Below, piece by piece: positions 48,270 through 58,943 of a DNA stretch of 64,000 bases (the stretch's first letter is position 1; every line of letters begins with the position of its first letter). A program made the position numbers and the translations under genes. Below the pieces are notes generated by a model, which saw only the letters and a list, made by a program, of their open reading frames with translations, was not told where the DNA came from and did no database searches. Origin of the DNA: Ostreococcus lucimarinus (Eukaryota). The DNA is taken from the NCBI GenBank assembly GCA_000092065.1, contig CP000595.1. One strand, 5' to 3'.

Positions 48270-49127
48270 ATGGTTACGCGCGGCGTCGCGCGCGCGCTCG
48301 GCGCGAGTCGCGGCGTCGCGCGCGCGCGCTCGCGCGCCGAGGTGTGCGACCGACGACGCGCGCGCGGCACATCTCGACGCGACATGCGCGCGCTTCGCGC
48401 GACGAGCGCGCGCGCGACGACGCGCGACGGCGCGAAGCGCGCGTCGCGCGCGCGTCGCTCGTCCCGCGTCGCTCGAAACGCGTCGAGCGCGACGCACGAG
48501 CCGTGGGAACTCGGGCTGGGCGAATTGCACTTTTCGACGCGCGACGTCGACGCGCTCGCGGGCGCGAGCGCGCGCGACGACGCGCTCGGCGCGCTCTCGC
48601 CGACGTGGCGAATGCTGTTGCTGAGCGATGGGAGCGTGACGCGACACCTGAGCGTGCTGGGACGGGCGGAGAGGACGGAGGTGGAGGTGACGCGGCGAAG
48701 CGCGCGGGACGACGGGACGCGCGCGCGGGGACGACCGTCGCGACCGAGCGACGTGGAGGCGATGCTGCGGGGACCGATCGTGCGTCGAGAGGTGTACCTG
48801 CGCGCGGGAGAGGTGCGAGGCGCGGACGGGCGACCGGCGGTGTACGCGGCGTCGTGGTGGAACGAGGACGCGCTCGCGGCGTATCTGCCGGACGAGGACG
48901 CGTCGATGTGGGCGAATCTGCGAACGCGGCACGTGGAGTTGCACCGAGAGATTCGAGAGGTGTATTACGGCGAGAGCGAGGGTTTAGAGGCGGCGTTCGG
49001 CGAGCGCGGGCCGTTTTGGGGGCGGCATTATATTTTTTGGAGCGGCGGCGCGCCCATCACCGTCGTGTACGAAGTCTTCAATCCCGCGGCGTTTGAAAGG
49101 GCGCTCGGGCCTTTGAAGGCGGCGTAG
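48270..49127 (+). CDS. Chorismate-lyase-fold (UbiC/DUF98-like) protein.
   Basis: …WRMLLLSDGSVTRHLSVLG… resembles the LLLxDGSxTxxL core of the chorismate pyruvate-lyase/DUF98 family. The assignment is weak. Confidence 0.4.
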   Translation: MVTRGVARALGASRGVARARSRAEVCDRRRARGTSRRDMRALRATSARATTRDGAKRASRARRSSRVARNASSATHEPWELGLGELHFSTRDVDALAGASARDDALGALSPTWRMLLLSDGSVTRHLSVLGRAERTEVEVTRRSARDDGTRARGRPSRPSDVEAMLRGPIVRREVYLRAGEVRGADGRPAVYAASWWNEDALAAYLPDEDASMWANLRTRHVELHREIREVYYGESEGLEAAFGERGPFWGRHYIFWSGGAPITVVYEVFNPAAFERALGPLKAA

Positions 49128-49175
49128 CGCTAGGAAAAGTATTGTCGTATTCTTCATCTATGATTGTCTAGTCAG

Positions 49176-51035
49176 CTACGCGTTCACGCGCTCGAAGGTG
49201 TCGAAACATCTCGACATTTCGCTCGTGGTAAAGATGGACGTGAAAGGCTCGGCGCGACTGGCGAGCGGGACTTTTTTCACCCGCGCGTCCAACTCCTCCG
49301 CCGTGAGCGAGCCGTAGCTCGCGCCGCACAAATCGCCCATCTCTAATTCTTTCGTTTTCACGCGGTCGGTGAGGTCGCGCTCGAGCAAGGCTACCATTTT
49401 AGGGATTTGCGGAAAGTAGTGCGCTCGGAGCGTCTCGACCTCCCACAGCGAACTCTTCAACGCGTTCGTTTTGGCCGGATCGCGCTCGTCGGCGTCAAAC
49501 GGGTCGGCGTCGATGAGTTTCGCCGCCTCGCCTTCGACGCGCTCGCGATGCACGAGCACCACGCACGACTTGTGCCGACGCAAGAGATTATGAATGAATC
49601 CGACGCACACCATCGCGCCCGCCGGCGGCGCCGACAGCGCCAGTCGCGCAAAGCGCTTGATGAAACTCGCCACCAAGTACGCCGGTAACGCGGGCGATTT
49701 CAAGAAGACATCCATGAGGGAGAAGAAACCGCGACGGTGATTGGCGTGAAAGCACGATGCGTCGAGCAATTCGTACAAACGGTTGTAAAACGTCGGATAT
49801 TCTAACCCGTGTTGCGTCATGAGAATGAACAACCCGTTCAACGCGAGCATCCCCGTGAGGCCGCCGACGTCGATGGAATCGACGCAAAAATCGCTCAACA
49901 ACTGCGGATTCACCATGTGCGGCATCACGTCCACGTGCAGGCGCATCAAAATTTTTCGGTAAATATCCTCGGGAAAATCTGCGCGCAACAGCGCGAGCCA
50001 GGCGTCGCTGAACGCGCGTCGATGCCGCGCGCCCTCGGTCCACTTTGGCTTGCCGCCGCCCGACGTCTTTCTCTTCTTTTTCGCCGCCTCGAGATCGATC
50101 ACGCTCCCCTCGGCGTCCTCGCACCACGGTCCTCGCTTCTTTTCGCCTTCATCATCGACGCTCTCGCCGCGCAATTTCGCCAGCATCGCCGCGAAATCCG
50201 CGCGTCCGTCTTCGTCCTCGGCTCCCGCTTCGTCGCCTCGATAATCGTCAAACGCGCGCGGCGTCGCGTTGAGCACGTCGTACACGTTCCTCGCCACGTC
50301 CACCGCCGCCGCCTCCCCCTCGCCCGGCGCGTACGTCTTCAATTCCTCCGCCAATTTCCGCATCGCGCCGTACGTGTGATACCGCACGTCCACGCGCGTC
50401 AGATACCTCGCCTTGAGCGTCCCCAGCAGCGCCTCGCTCCACGATTTCGCCCGCGTCGCGCGCCGCAGCGCGTCCTCGTACAATTCATTCGAAAACTTCC
50501 CCGGCGTCTCGCACCGCGCGCACTCCATGATCACCCCGAGCGCCAGGCACCGCGCGCGCTCGTCCAGCTCGCCGTCCACGACGCACCCCACGCACCGCTC
50601 GACGAACACTCTTCGATGCTTCGCGAACCACGCCAAGTACGCGTCCCTCGCGTCGTCGTCGCCGCCCTCCTCTCGCCCTCCCTCGTCCCGTTTTCGCCGC
50701 GCCCGCGACTCGGCGAGCTCGCCCGCCGCCGTGCGCTCGCAGAAGAACCGCTCGAGCGCGACGAGGGCGTCCGCGACGTCCTCGCGCGGCCGCCGCGACG
50801 GATCCCTGAGCGTCCCGAGCAGCGCCAGCGCGCCGTTCGGGTCGTTCGTCGACGCGTTCAGCGCGATCGCGCCGTCTCGAATCCCGCGACGCGCCGCCGT
50901 CGACGCGACCGACGTCGACGCGCGCTTTTTCGGCGCCATCGCGACGAGAGACGCGCGCGCGACGACGCGCGGCGCGGAATGACGTCGCCGGTCGCCGCGC
51001 ATCGAGTGGCGGCGGCGCATCGATCGCGCGCGCAC
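49176..51035 (-). CDS. Nucleolar complex protein 4 (NOC4/UTP19), CBF/Mak21-domain ribosome-biogenesis factor.
   Basis: The CBF-domain core …[31 protein letters not shown]…[24 protein letters not shown]… matches the Noc4/CBF family pattern (LNGLF.LM..H.LEYP.FY.KLY.LL). Confidence 0.7.
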   Translation of the reverse strand: MRARSMRRRHSMRGDRRRHSAPRVVARASLVAMAPKKRASTSVASTAARRGIRDGAIALNASTNDPNGALALLGTLRDPSRRPREDVADALVALERFFCERTAAGELAESRARRKRDEGGREEGGDDDARDAYLAWFAKHRRVFVERCVGCVVDGELDERARCLALGVIMECARCETPGKFSNELYEDALRRATRAKSWSEALLGTLKARYLTRVDVRYHTYGAMRKLAEELKTYAPGEGEAAAVDVARNVYDVLNATPRAFDDYRGDEAGAEDEDGRADFAAMLAKLRGESVDDEGEKKRGPWCEDAEGSVIDLEAAKKKRKTSGGGKPKWTEGARHRRAFSDAWLALLRADFPEDIYRKILMRLHVDVMPHMVNPQLLSDFCVDSIDVGGLTGMLALNGLFILMTQHGLEYPTFYNRLYELLDASCFHANHRRGFFSLMDVFLKSPALPAYLVASFIKRFARLALSAPPAGAMVCVGFIHNLLRRHKSCVVLVHRERVEGEAAKLIDADPFDADERDPAKTNALKSSLWEVETLRAHYFPQIPKMVALLERDLTDRVKTKELEMGDLCGASYGSLTAEELDARVKKVPLASRAEPFTSIFTTSEMSRCFDTFERVNA

Positions 51036-51109
51036 TTCACCGCGCGTCGCGATTCATCGCGCGCGCGTCCGCCGGACGATCCGCGACCCCGTCGCGCGTC
51101 TCGGGCGCC

Positions 51110-51841
51110 ATGGCGGAGCACCTGGCGAGCATCTTCGGCACGGAAAAGGACCGCGTGAACTGTCCGTTTTACTTTAAGATCGGCGCGTGTCGTCACGGCG
51201 ATCGCTGCTCGCGGCTGCACAACAAGCCCACGGCGTCGCAGACGATCCTGCTGACGAATCTGTACCGTCCGGACGTCGAGGTGGCGGCGGACCCGCGGGC
51301 GGCGACGAGCGGGGCGGCGAGCCGGGCGGGGCGAGGGCAGGAGGGATTCGAGGCGTTCGTCGAGGACGTCTTCGAGGAGCTGGACGAGTGCGGAGAGATC
51401 GAGGGCGTGAACGTGTGCGATAACGTCACGGATCACATGATGGGGAACGTGTACGTGAAGTTCGTCGAGGAGGAGGCGGCGGGTCGAGCGGTGGAGAAAT
51501 TGAGAGGGAGGTATTACGACGGACGACCGATCGCGGCGGAATTTTCGCCGGTGACGGATTTCAGGGAGAGCACGTGCAGGCAGTACGAGGAGAATTCGTG
51601 CACGCGGGGGGGGTACTGCAACTTCATGCACTTGAAACCGATCGGACGAGGCATGCGGAAGCGGTTGTACGGACGGTACTTGGGAGGAGGGCGACGCGAA
51701 CGACGCGAGGGCGAGCGGAGTCCGGGGCGAAAGCGCGAGAGAGACGACGGGGAGGACGACGGTCGAGTCACCGCCAAGGGGATGTCGGACGACGCGCGAC
51801 GGGCGATGTTCGCGTCTTGGAACGACGCCGACGACGAATGA
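51110..51841 (+). CDS. U2AF1: U2 snRNP auxiliary factor small subunit (U2AF35).
   Basis: [52 protein letters not shown] is near-identical to the U2AF35 N-terminal CCCH zinc finger. It is followed by a UHM/RRM, a second CCCH ([19 protein letters not shown]) and an RS/RG-rich tail. Confidence 0.9.
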   Translation: MAEHLASIFGTEKDRVNCPFYFKIGACRHGDRCSRLHNKPTASQTILLTNLYRPDVEVAADPRAATSGAASRAGRGQEGFEAFVEDVFEELDECGEIEGVNVCDNVTDHMMGNVYVKFVEEEAAGRAVEKLRGRYYDGRPIAAEFSPVTDFRESTCRQYEENSCTRGGYCNFMHLKPIGRGMRKRLYGRYLGGGRRERREGERSPGRKRERDDGEDDGRVTAKGMSDDARRAMFASWNDADDE

Positions 51842-51995
51842 GTGAATGAATGAATCCGCGAATCTGCGATTCTGCGATTGATTGATTCGAATGTAGCGCG
51901 CGTTGAAACGAAACGAAAGTTGATTTCTACACTGGTGCGTCGGTGATTTACACGTCAAACTAAACTATTTTTTCATTTTTTTCGTCCCTCACGCG

Positions 51996-53450
51996 TCAAT
52001 GCGCCACCGCGAACGCGGAGCGAATCAAGAATGGGTTGTTTCCGTCGTCGTCGCTGTCCATTTCGTCGTCGCTATCGACACTGAACGCTTCGCGAGTGAT
52101 AGGATCCTTCCTGTCGAAGATAATGCGACCGCTGCGACCGTAACGGGGTCGACACTGCTTGAGATTGACGCCGAGCGGAAGCAAGAACGTTCGCACCGCG
52201 GCCATGGATGGAGACTTGGTGAACAGCATCTCGATGTCTGGAATCTCCGGCGGCGGTTGATACGGCAACACGGGAATTTGGACTCTCGGGCGAGGCGCGT
52301 AACCGCCGAGCGCGGCAAGACCGAGCTCGCGACGACGCTTGCGTCCGGCGAGATCGCCCATGTCGTCGCCCAACACGACGTATTGTCCATCGGGTTTCTT
52401 GATGAGTTCCACCGCGCCACCGGCGAGGACGATGTTCTTGTTCGGCGGAATCTCCGGCGTCTCCGTCTTGAAGCGCTTCTTGTCCGCCTCCATGACTTTT
52501 TGCTCGATCGCCTCGAGCGACGCCTTGGGCTCGTGTCGAAGCTTGATTTGGAGTTTTTGCAGCTCCTGCTCGACGGTGAGCAACTCGCTCTTGCGTTTCT
52601 CACGCTTCACTACGAGCTCGAGCACGCCTATGGAAATGTCGAGCGACTTGCGCAGCTGACGAAGCTTGTCGTAGCTCGTCACGTCGTTCTCGCGACGTCG
52701 ACGAGTCTGCGGTCTAGAAATCTTCTCGCGCGGCCGGAACACGTTGAACGGGTTACTGTCGTTCGGTGCCGGTGGCGGTTGTAACCGACGCAGAAGCGGC
52801 TTCTTCAAGCGCTGGCGCCTGTCCGTCCAGTACTCGTACACCGCCGTGAGAATGGCTTGCTTGCCACTGATTTCTTGAAGCAACTCCAACGCTTTATCTT
52901 TGGGTAGGTTTGTCACGACACCCAGCGCGTCCACTTTTTCTTGGTAGCTGATCACTTGCCCGCGCGCCGCGGCCATAGCCGTGTTCGCCTTCATGATCTT
53001 CTCGTTCGCCTCGGCGCACGCCAATTCCAACTTCCACAGCATCTCCTCGAATTTCTCCGCGCTCAGCACTTCGGAGCCATCGTTATAATTCTCCAACCAA
53101 TCCTCATCCTCGTTATCCAAATCATACTCCACGTAACTCGTCGTCTCCGTCGGCGGCAGCCCGCACGTCAATTTTGAGCGCAAGTAATAATCCGGCTGCT
53201 TATAATTCGTCGGATAATCCGATTCGTACGACGACACGTTCAAAATCTCAGGAATAGGAATTTCACTCACCCCAGTCGTCGTTTCCTTCGTCAGCACCTC
53301 CTCGTTCTCTTTATCCAGCGCCTTGTGCGCGTGCGTCACCTCGCGTTGTACCACCTGCTCATCCTTAATCGCATCTGGATCGCGCAACAGGGCCAACTGC
53401 GACGTGATATCGATAGGTCGCGCCCTGAACGATGTCTGTCGAGTCGCCAT
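51996..53450 (-). CDS. Enhancer of polycomb-like protein (EPL1/EPC, NuA4 complex subunit).
   Basis: The N-terminal EPcA pattern SFRARPIDI…IPIPEILNVSSYESDYPTNYKQPDYYL…YVEYDLDNEDEDWLENYN…EKFEEMLWKLE matches EPC1 (SFRARALD…YYESIYP..FK.P..…YDLD.EDE.WL…FEEM…LE). Confidence 0.75.
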   Translation of the reverse strand: MATRQTSFRARPIDITSQLALLRDPDAIKDEQVVQREVTHAHKALDKENEEVLTKETTTGVSEIPIPEILNVSSYESDYPTNYKQPDYYLRSKLTCGLPPTETTSYVEYDLDNEDEDWLENYNDGSEVLSAEKFEEMLWKLELACAEANEKIMKANTAMAAARGQVISYQEKVDALGVVTNLPKDKALELLQEISGKQAILTAVYEYWTDRRQRLKKPLLRRLQPPPAPNDSNPFNVFRPREKISRPQTRRRRENDVTSYDKLRQLRKSLDISIGVLELVVKREKRKSELLTVEQELQKLQIKLRHEPKASLEAIEQKVMEADKKRFKTETPEIPPNKNIVLAGGAVELIKKPDGQYVVLGDDMGDLAGRKRRRELGLAALGGYAPRPRVQIPVLPYQPPPEIPDIEMLFTKSPSMAAVRTFLLPLGVNLKQCRPRYGRSGRIIFDRKDPITREAFSVDSDDEMDSDDDGNNPFLIRSAFAVAH

Positions 53451-53773
53451 CGCGCTTCGTCCTCGACAGCGCGCTTCTGTCGAGCGCTACGACGGCAATG
53501 CCGCGATTTCGCTTCAAATTGCCGAATGCGCGCGATCGCACGCGAGAATCTCGCGTTTACGCGTCGACGCGCGCGCACGAACGGTCTTGTGCGAGCGCAA
53601 ACTCGAGATCGGACGTTCGCAGACGCGCTCGCGGCGTAAGACGCGGCGCCGTCGCGCGCGGCGCGCTCTGCGGCGGCGAATTCGCGGCGAATTGGCCTAG
53701 GTCACGCGAGCCGAAAGTCCTATTTAAAAGTCTACACTATGGAAGCGGCGCGCGCGCGAACGCGAAACAAAGC

Positions 53774-56700
53774 TCAGAAGAACTTCTTCACGAGATGACG
53801 CTTTAAAACCTCGGATGAACACGAAGGACACTTGCCAGGACCTTTTGGCTTGACGAGACGAAGCCAACAGGCGTAGCACGCGATGTGCTTGCAGGTGGAC
53901 GCCTCGAAGGGCTTGTCGCACGTGGCGCCGCAGGCGACGCACGCGCGAGGAGGAGCGACGACAGCCAAGCCGGGAGGGGCGCCAGCGGCGGATTTCTGAG
54001 CCTTGACTTTTTCTTGACGCTCTATCAGAGCGCGGCGATGCTTTTCGTAGATGGGCTTGTGCGCCGCAGGGACGAATTCGCCGAAGAGGGCGTACAAGCC
54101 TTTCGGGTTCTCCGGCGCCTTGAGCACGCGACTGGCGACGCGAAGGAGGTCACCAATATCGAACGCCTCGGTCTTCACTTTGTCAAGCTCGGCGATGAGT
54201 TCGTCGTAGGAATCACACGAGAGTTCAAGACGCGCACGACGCATAAAAAGCTTGGTACGATCTGCGCTCGGCGGCGCCTCGTTTTGATCGCTCGCGCTCG
54301 CCGAGTCCTTCTCATTCTGCTGCCCACTCGTCTTTGAGAGCTGAAGGAGAAGGGTCGACCTTTTCATCGCCTCTTGCGTTTTTTTACCATGCTTTTCGCG
54401 GAAGATTTCTGCTGCCGTCGTTTGAAGCGGGACTTTTTGCTTTGACACAAGCATAAACTTTTGGCGAGCCACTTCGTCTTCGCCACCACCTTGGTCCTTC
54501 GTGAATTGACGAACGAGCGACGTGATCGACGTACCCGCTTGCGTGAAATCTTGTTTGTTCTGTGACTTTTTCACGAAAGCAGCGCCCGAGGTTTTTGGTT
54601 TCACCTGCGCGATATCGACGAATTTGGCGGGCGCGGCGGCTTTCACCTTTGCGCCCGCTCTCGCGTGCTCTTGGAAGAATTCCTTCAAGCCGTGCACAGC
54701 ACTGTGAAACACCGAGTGCACTTGCACTGACGGTCGAAGCCAAAGTGAAAGTTGATTTCGCGCGTTTTCGTTCGCGAAACGCTCGTCGGCAAGGATAACG
54801 GCGCCGAAGTCATCCTTGTGGCGAATGACACGCCCAAGCGCCTGGTTCACTGCGCGCATCGCGGTTTGAGAGTACCACTCGTTCCCAGAGTACGCACCCC
54901 CGTTGTCCGCTTTTCGCTTATCCAAATACGTTCGCTTGTGCATCACGAGTGGATCCTTCGCGCCCGCGTACGGAATACCAGTGAGAATCACGCCACGGCA
55001 CGCCTTGTCTGCGAAATCGATGCCTTCGCTCAGCTTACCCCTACACACGGCGAAGAACGCCGCACCGCGCCTCGAATCCTCTTCAAGCGCCTTGTTGTAG
55101 CTATCGTAGCACGCATGAAATTCATCTGCATTGCTTGGCTCAACCAAGCACGTTTTGTTCGTCTCGAGCTGGTTCCAAAGCCCAGTCGATCTCCAGTGAT
55201 TGACGCACGAGTGCATGACGCCGTACGACGGAAAGAACACGAGCAATCCATCGGGTACGATTCTTGCCGTACTTAAAATCACGCTCCCTATCTCTGTCTT
55301 ATACTCGCGCGTATCGCGAAATCTAAATGAGCTGTTCAGCACGCCGTTATTCGGCCCGTGCGTGACGACTCCGCCCCAAACTTGATTCCTTTTGATCACG
55401 TGCGGATTCTCCAAGCGCACGGGAAAATCCAATGCGAGCTCTGACGCGAAAGATTCCATGGGGGAGAGCGTACCAGAGGCAAGCAAAAATGTTCCAACGC
55501 CTTTATCGATCAGTGCCTTGAGGCAAAGACCTGGAAAGAAGCACCAGTACGACAACGTCGGCCCGGCGCGCGCGCGATTGCTTGTCTTAAACTTCTCCAT
55601 ATCCGGCCCAAGTCTCGTGACGAAATACTGCTCATATCGATGCACGAATATCCTCTCTATGAAATTACCGATTTCCATTAACGGTGTTTCGTTTTGTGTC
55701 GGCTGCGCCATGAAATCGCTCCCGAGTTGCACCGTCCGCGAAGCGCTCTTAATGAGCTTTGTGATGTGCTCGTAAGTATCCGCCGTGATGTTCAACTCGG
55801 CGAGAATAACGTAGATGAACGCGCCGTCACCAATACGCTCGCCGAGACCTCCTTCGTGCTTGGCGTTCGGCGCCTTGGCCGCCTCACGACAAATACTATC
55901 GAGCAACCCTTCGAGTTGCACCAACACGCCCGTTAACATTTTAAAATCTTCACCCTTGAACGCCGCAGCGTCCTTGTCCATCCCTCTGCTAAAAAGTTGC
56001 AAATCTGCCTCGCTCACGATTCCTTCCCCGCTAGTGTCTTCTAAAGTCAACTTTGTCTCGTAAGCTCTCTCCGATTCCTTGATGGCTTTCGCCAATTTCG
56101 CCGCGGTGAGGGAATAACTCATGCTATCAGAAGCGCTCGACTCGAGGTTGTGCGCCTCGTCCACGATAATCACCGCGTTCTCCCACGCGATTTCCAATCC
56201 TTTGCGCACGCTCTCATCGAGCAGGTAATTATAAGGCATAAAAATTATCTCCGCCTCCGCGCACTTCGTGCGGGCGAGATAAAACGGACACGGCCCCCTC
56301 GCCTTGGCCTTGGACACCAAATCCTCGATGTCTTGCACGCCGTCGCTGAATAAATCGAATCGCCCATCCCGCCCCTGCAGCGCCCGATCGAGCGTCACTT
56401 TCGCCCCACACTTTTGCTGCTGCACCAATTTAGCGCATCTATTTTTCTGTTCCGTCCCATTCAACGCTCGAACGTCGTCCCGCGCGCACGCGTGCCGCCG
56501 ACTCGCGAGCGTCGTCGCGCGCGTCGTCGAATCAAACAATTTCAACTCTCGCACCACTTGATCCACCTGCGAGTGCGTCCTCGTCGCGTACACAATCACC
56601 GGCGCGCGCGTGCGCTCCTTTTTTTCCACGTCATCCACGAACTCCCGTCCCGACGTCCCCGCGACGTCGTCGGCGTCTCCGGCGCCGCCTCGCCCATCTC

Positions 56701-57085
56701 TCACTTCCTCCCTAAATTTCCGCTTCCTTGCCCGTCCTTCGCTCCGCACGAACGCCAGCGCGCTCGCAAGCAAGCACAGCGTCTTCCCCGTGCCCGTGGG
56801 CGACTCCAAGAGCGCGTGTTCGCCGCGACACATCGCCAAGAGTGCTTTTTCCATGAAAACGAGCTGATTGTCGTACGCTTCGAACGGAAAGTCAACCGTG
56901 AACGCGCGCTTGTGCGCGATCTTGACCCCGTCCGCGGGCACGGTGATGGTGTACGAGTGCATCGTGCCCATGATGCGGCCGAGCGCGGCGGACGACGCCG
57001 CGCGCGCCGCGCGGCGGAGTGATGATGGAGAACGCGAAGGGACGACAGCTGGGGCGCGGCGTTTGAAATCGAAAGCGACGGACAT
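53774..57085 (-). CDS. Rad3/XPD-family Fe-S DNA helicase (RTEL1/FANCJ-like) with a C-terminal C4C4 RING-like zinc finger.
   Basis: Walker A LLESPTGTGKTLCLL, a DEAH box IVDEAHNLE, and four Fe-S-cluster Cys (RRHACARD…CAKLVQQQKCGAKV…CPFY). The N-terminus YTITVPADGVKIAHKRAFTVDFPFEAYDNQLVFM is typical of this family. The C-terminus is CVACGATCDKPFEASTCKHIACYACWLRLVKPKGPGKCPSC. Confidence 0.8.
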   Translation of the reverse strand: MSVAFDFKRRAPAVVPSRSPSSLRRAARAASSAALGRIMGTMHSYTITVPADGVKIAHKRAFTVDFPFEAYDNQLVFMEKALLAMCRGEHALLESPTGTGKTLCLLASALAFVRSEGRARKRKFREEVRDGRGGAGDADDVAGTSGREFVDDVEKKERTRAPVIVYATRTHSQVDQVVRELKLFDSTTRATTLASRRHACARDDVRALNGTEQKNRCAKLVQQQKCGAKVTLDRALQGRDGRFDLFSDGVQDIEDLVSKAKARGPCPFYLARTKCAEAEIIFMPYNYLLDESVRKGLEIAWENAVIIVDEAHNLESSASDSMSYSLTAAKLAKAIKESERAYETKLTLEDTSGEGIVSEADLQLFSRGMDKDAAAFKGEDFKMLTGVLVQLEGLLDSICREAAKAPNAKHEGGLGERIGDGAFIYVILAELNITADTYEHITKLIKSASRTVQLGSDFMAQPTQNETPLMEIGNFIERIFVHRYEQYFVTRLGPDMEKFKTSNRARAGPTLSYWCFFPGLCLKALIDKGVGTFLLASGTLSPMESFASELALDFPVRLENPHVIKRNQVWGGVVTHGPNNGVLNSSFRFRDTREYKTEIGSVILSTARIVPDGLLVFFPSYGVMHSCVNHWRSTGLWNQLETNKTCLVEPSNADEFHACYDSYNKALEEDSRRGAAFFAVCRGKLSEGIDFADKACRGVILTGIPYAGAKDPLVMHKRTYLDKRKADNGGAYSGNEWYSQTAMRAVNQALGRVIRHKDDFGAVILADERFANENARNQLSLWLRPSVQVHSVFHSAVHGLKEFFQEHARAGAKVKAAAPAKFVDIAQVKPKTSGAAFVKKSQNKQDFTQAGTSITSLVRQFTKDQGGGEDEVARQKFMLVSKQKVPLQTTAAEIFREKHGKKTQEAMKRSTLLLQLSKTSGQQNEKDSASASDQNEAPPSADRTKLFMRRARLELSCDSYDELIAELDKVKTEAFDIGDLLRVASRVLKAPENPKGLYALFGEFVPAAHKPIYEKHRRALIERQEKVKAQKSAAGAPPGLAVVAPPRACVACGATCDKPFEASTCKHIACYACWLRLVKPKGPGKCPSCSSEVLKRHLVKKFF

Positions 57086-57157
57086 TCGGCTCGAACGGTC
57101 GATCGGTGCGGTGCGTTTCTCGATTGATATAGCTACGGTGAGTGCGAACGTGCGTCG

Positions 57158-58294
57158 CTAGAGGAAATCGGCGTATCGCGAGGTGAAGTCGCTCTTGCTG
57201 CGTTGGCACCACCCGCTCGAACTGCTGTCGCTCGGATTGACCACGATGTTGTTGTCGAAGTAGATGACGGATCCTGTTTCGAACTCTTCTTTTTCGTTGA
57301 TGATTTTCGGACGGTCGAGTCTCGCGAACCACGTGCCGAGAATCTTGTGAAAACGCCACGAGGAGGCGTGGAGCTCGTTCGCTGCGAGCAATTTGAGTCT
57401 GTCTCTGCCGTAATAGAACGTGAAAAACAAGGCGTCGCTATCGAGACGTTTGAAGAGCGCCGGGTTGTCCAACTGGCATCCGGGCGGTATGTCTCGAGGT
57501 GATCGCGGATACGACGATGGCGTCGCGATTTTACTCTTTTGCGGCGCCGACGCGGATTTCTTTGCGTTCTTCTCGCTCGATAACCGCCAATTCGCATCCG
57601 CGCTGAGTCCTTCGCGCGGAAGCTTGGCGCACGCGATTTCGAGCAAGCGATGGCTGACATGTCGGTCATTTATAACGACGCCGCGAATCGACACGCCCGA
57701 TGGAATATCGGCGTGTTCGAGAGCCATGGCACCGCCGCTCTCGGGCGAAATCTCACCGTACGCGTGTCCGCCGCGCGACAGTTCATCCAGGCTCAACAAT
57801 CCATTCCCGGGTAAATCGAAAATACACGCGTCCGGATGCATCCCGGTCGTAACCTTCGCGCGCGAAGTCGACGCAGACGACTTTTTCGGCGACGTCGCCT
57901 CGAATTTCGCCTGCAAACGATTTACCGCCGCGCCTTCGTCGCCGCCGTCCTCCGAGCGTTTCGGCTTCTTCGCCTGCGCCTCCGCCGGGGTCGAAGGCGT
58001 CGACGTCCCCGACGTCGACGCTTCATCTACCGCCGCTCGCATCGCGCCGTCTTTCCCCGGCGTTTCCAAACGCTCGACGTCCGCCTCGCTCGCCTCGGCT
58101 CCCGCCTCATCGTCGCCGTCGCCGTCCTTCGTCGCGTCCGCCGCCAAAACGCTCTCAAACCACCCGATATCCGCCGCGCACTCCCGCATCGCGTCCTCGA
58201 TCTTCGCCGTCACCGCGTCGTCGACGTCATTGTTTTCTCTGTATTCCATCAACTCCCGCACGAGGTCGCGCAGGCGCGCGATCTCTCGAGTCAA
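57158..58294 (-). CDS. CCR4-NOT complex subunit with a NOT2/NOT3/NOT5 C-terminal domain.
   Basis: C-terminal …LFKRLDSDALFFTFYYGRDRLKLLAANELHASSWRFHKILGTWFAR…IYFDNNIV matches the NOT-box (LFFIFY…QYLAA.EL…WR.HK…W). The track start at 58294 is a TTG. The first in-frame ATG is slightly downstream (…RELMEYREN). Confidence 0.65.
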   Translation of the reverse strand: MTREIARLRDLVRELMEYRENNDVDDAVTAKIEDAMRECAADIGWFESVLAADATKDGDGDDEAGAEASEADVERLETPGKDGAMRAAVDEASTSGTSTPSTPAEAQAKKPKRSEDGGDEGAAVNRLQAKFEATSPKKSSASTSRAKVTTGMHPDACIFDLPGNGLLSLDELSRGGHAYGEISPESGGAMALEHADIPSGVSIRGVVINDRHVSHRLLEIACAKLPREGLSADANWRLSSEKNAKKSASAPQKSKIATPSSYPRSPRDIPPGCQLDNPALFKRLDSDALFFTFYYGRDRLKLLAANELHASSWRFHKILGTWFARLDRPKIINEKEEFETGSVIYFDNNIVVNPSDSSSSGWCQRSKSDFTSRYADFL

Positions 58295-58943
58295 CTCCGT
58301 CTGCCCGTTCGTTCGTCGATTCGACGCGATTTCTCTCGTCAGTCTCGTCGCCGTTGACCGACCCTCTCGTCACCGACGCGCCGCCGCGCGCCTTCGCGGC
58401 GACCATCGCGCGCTCGTTCGTCTCGAATCATCGTCCGCGATCGCGTCGCGCACCTCGGCGCGTCGACGCGCGGCGTCGTCGTCGGCGGCGTTCGTCTCGC
58501 GAATCAGCTCGACCGCGCGCGCGGCGTGTTCGCGACACCCATCGATGCGCTTCGTTCGGCTCTGTATCTCCGCCGCGTGTCGTCCGGGAAGCGTCATGCG
58601 CGCGCGATTCGGTCGCGCGCGCGCGCGCGCGGCGCGTCGCGGTCGGCGGCGCCGCGCGCGTCGATGAGTGGCGATTTTGACGCGCCGAGAGACGAACAGA
58701 CACTTCGACGCCGACGCCGCGGCGCGTCGACCGGAACGAAGGGCGATATCATACAAATTTATCGTAACACTCGACGCGGGCGCTTCGCGAGACGCGACGA
58801 TCGAGCGCGGTCGTCGTCGACCCGCGCGCGCGTTCGCGGCGTCAGCCGTGCGAACAAACTTTACGCGCGCGAGCGTCACCTCGCCGCGCTCGATCGTCGC
58901 GCCGTCGCGCGAGTCGCCCTTCGCGTCGTTCGCGTCGCTCGCG

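Noticed and set aside
58700-58800. Definitive call of a SECIS element.
   Set aside because: Only the ATGA core and the AT-rich context are visible. A kink-turn quartet with an AA apical motif could not be folded by eye. It is kept as a hypothesis inside a finding, not annotated as a feature.
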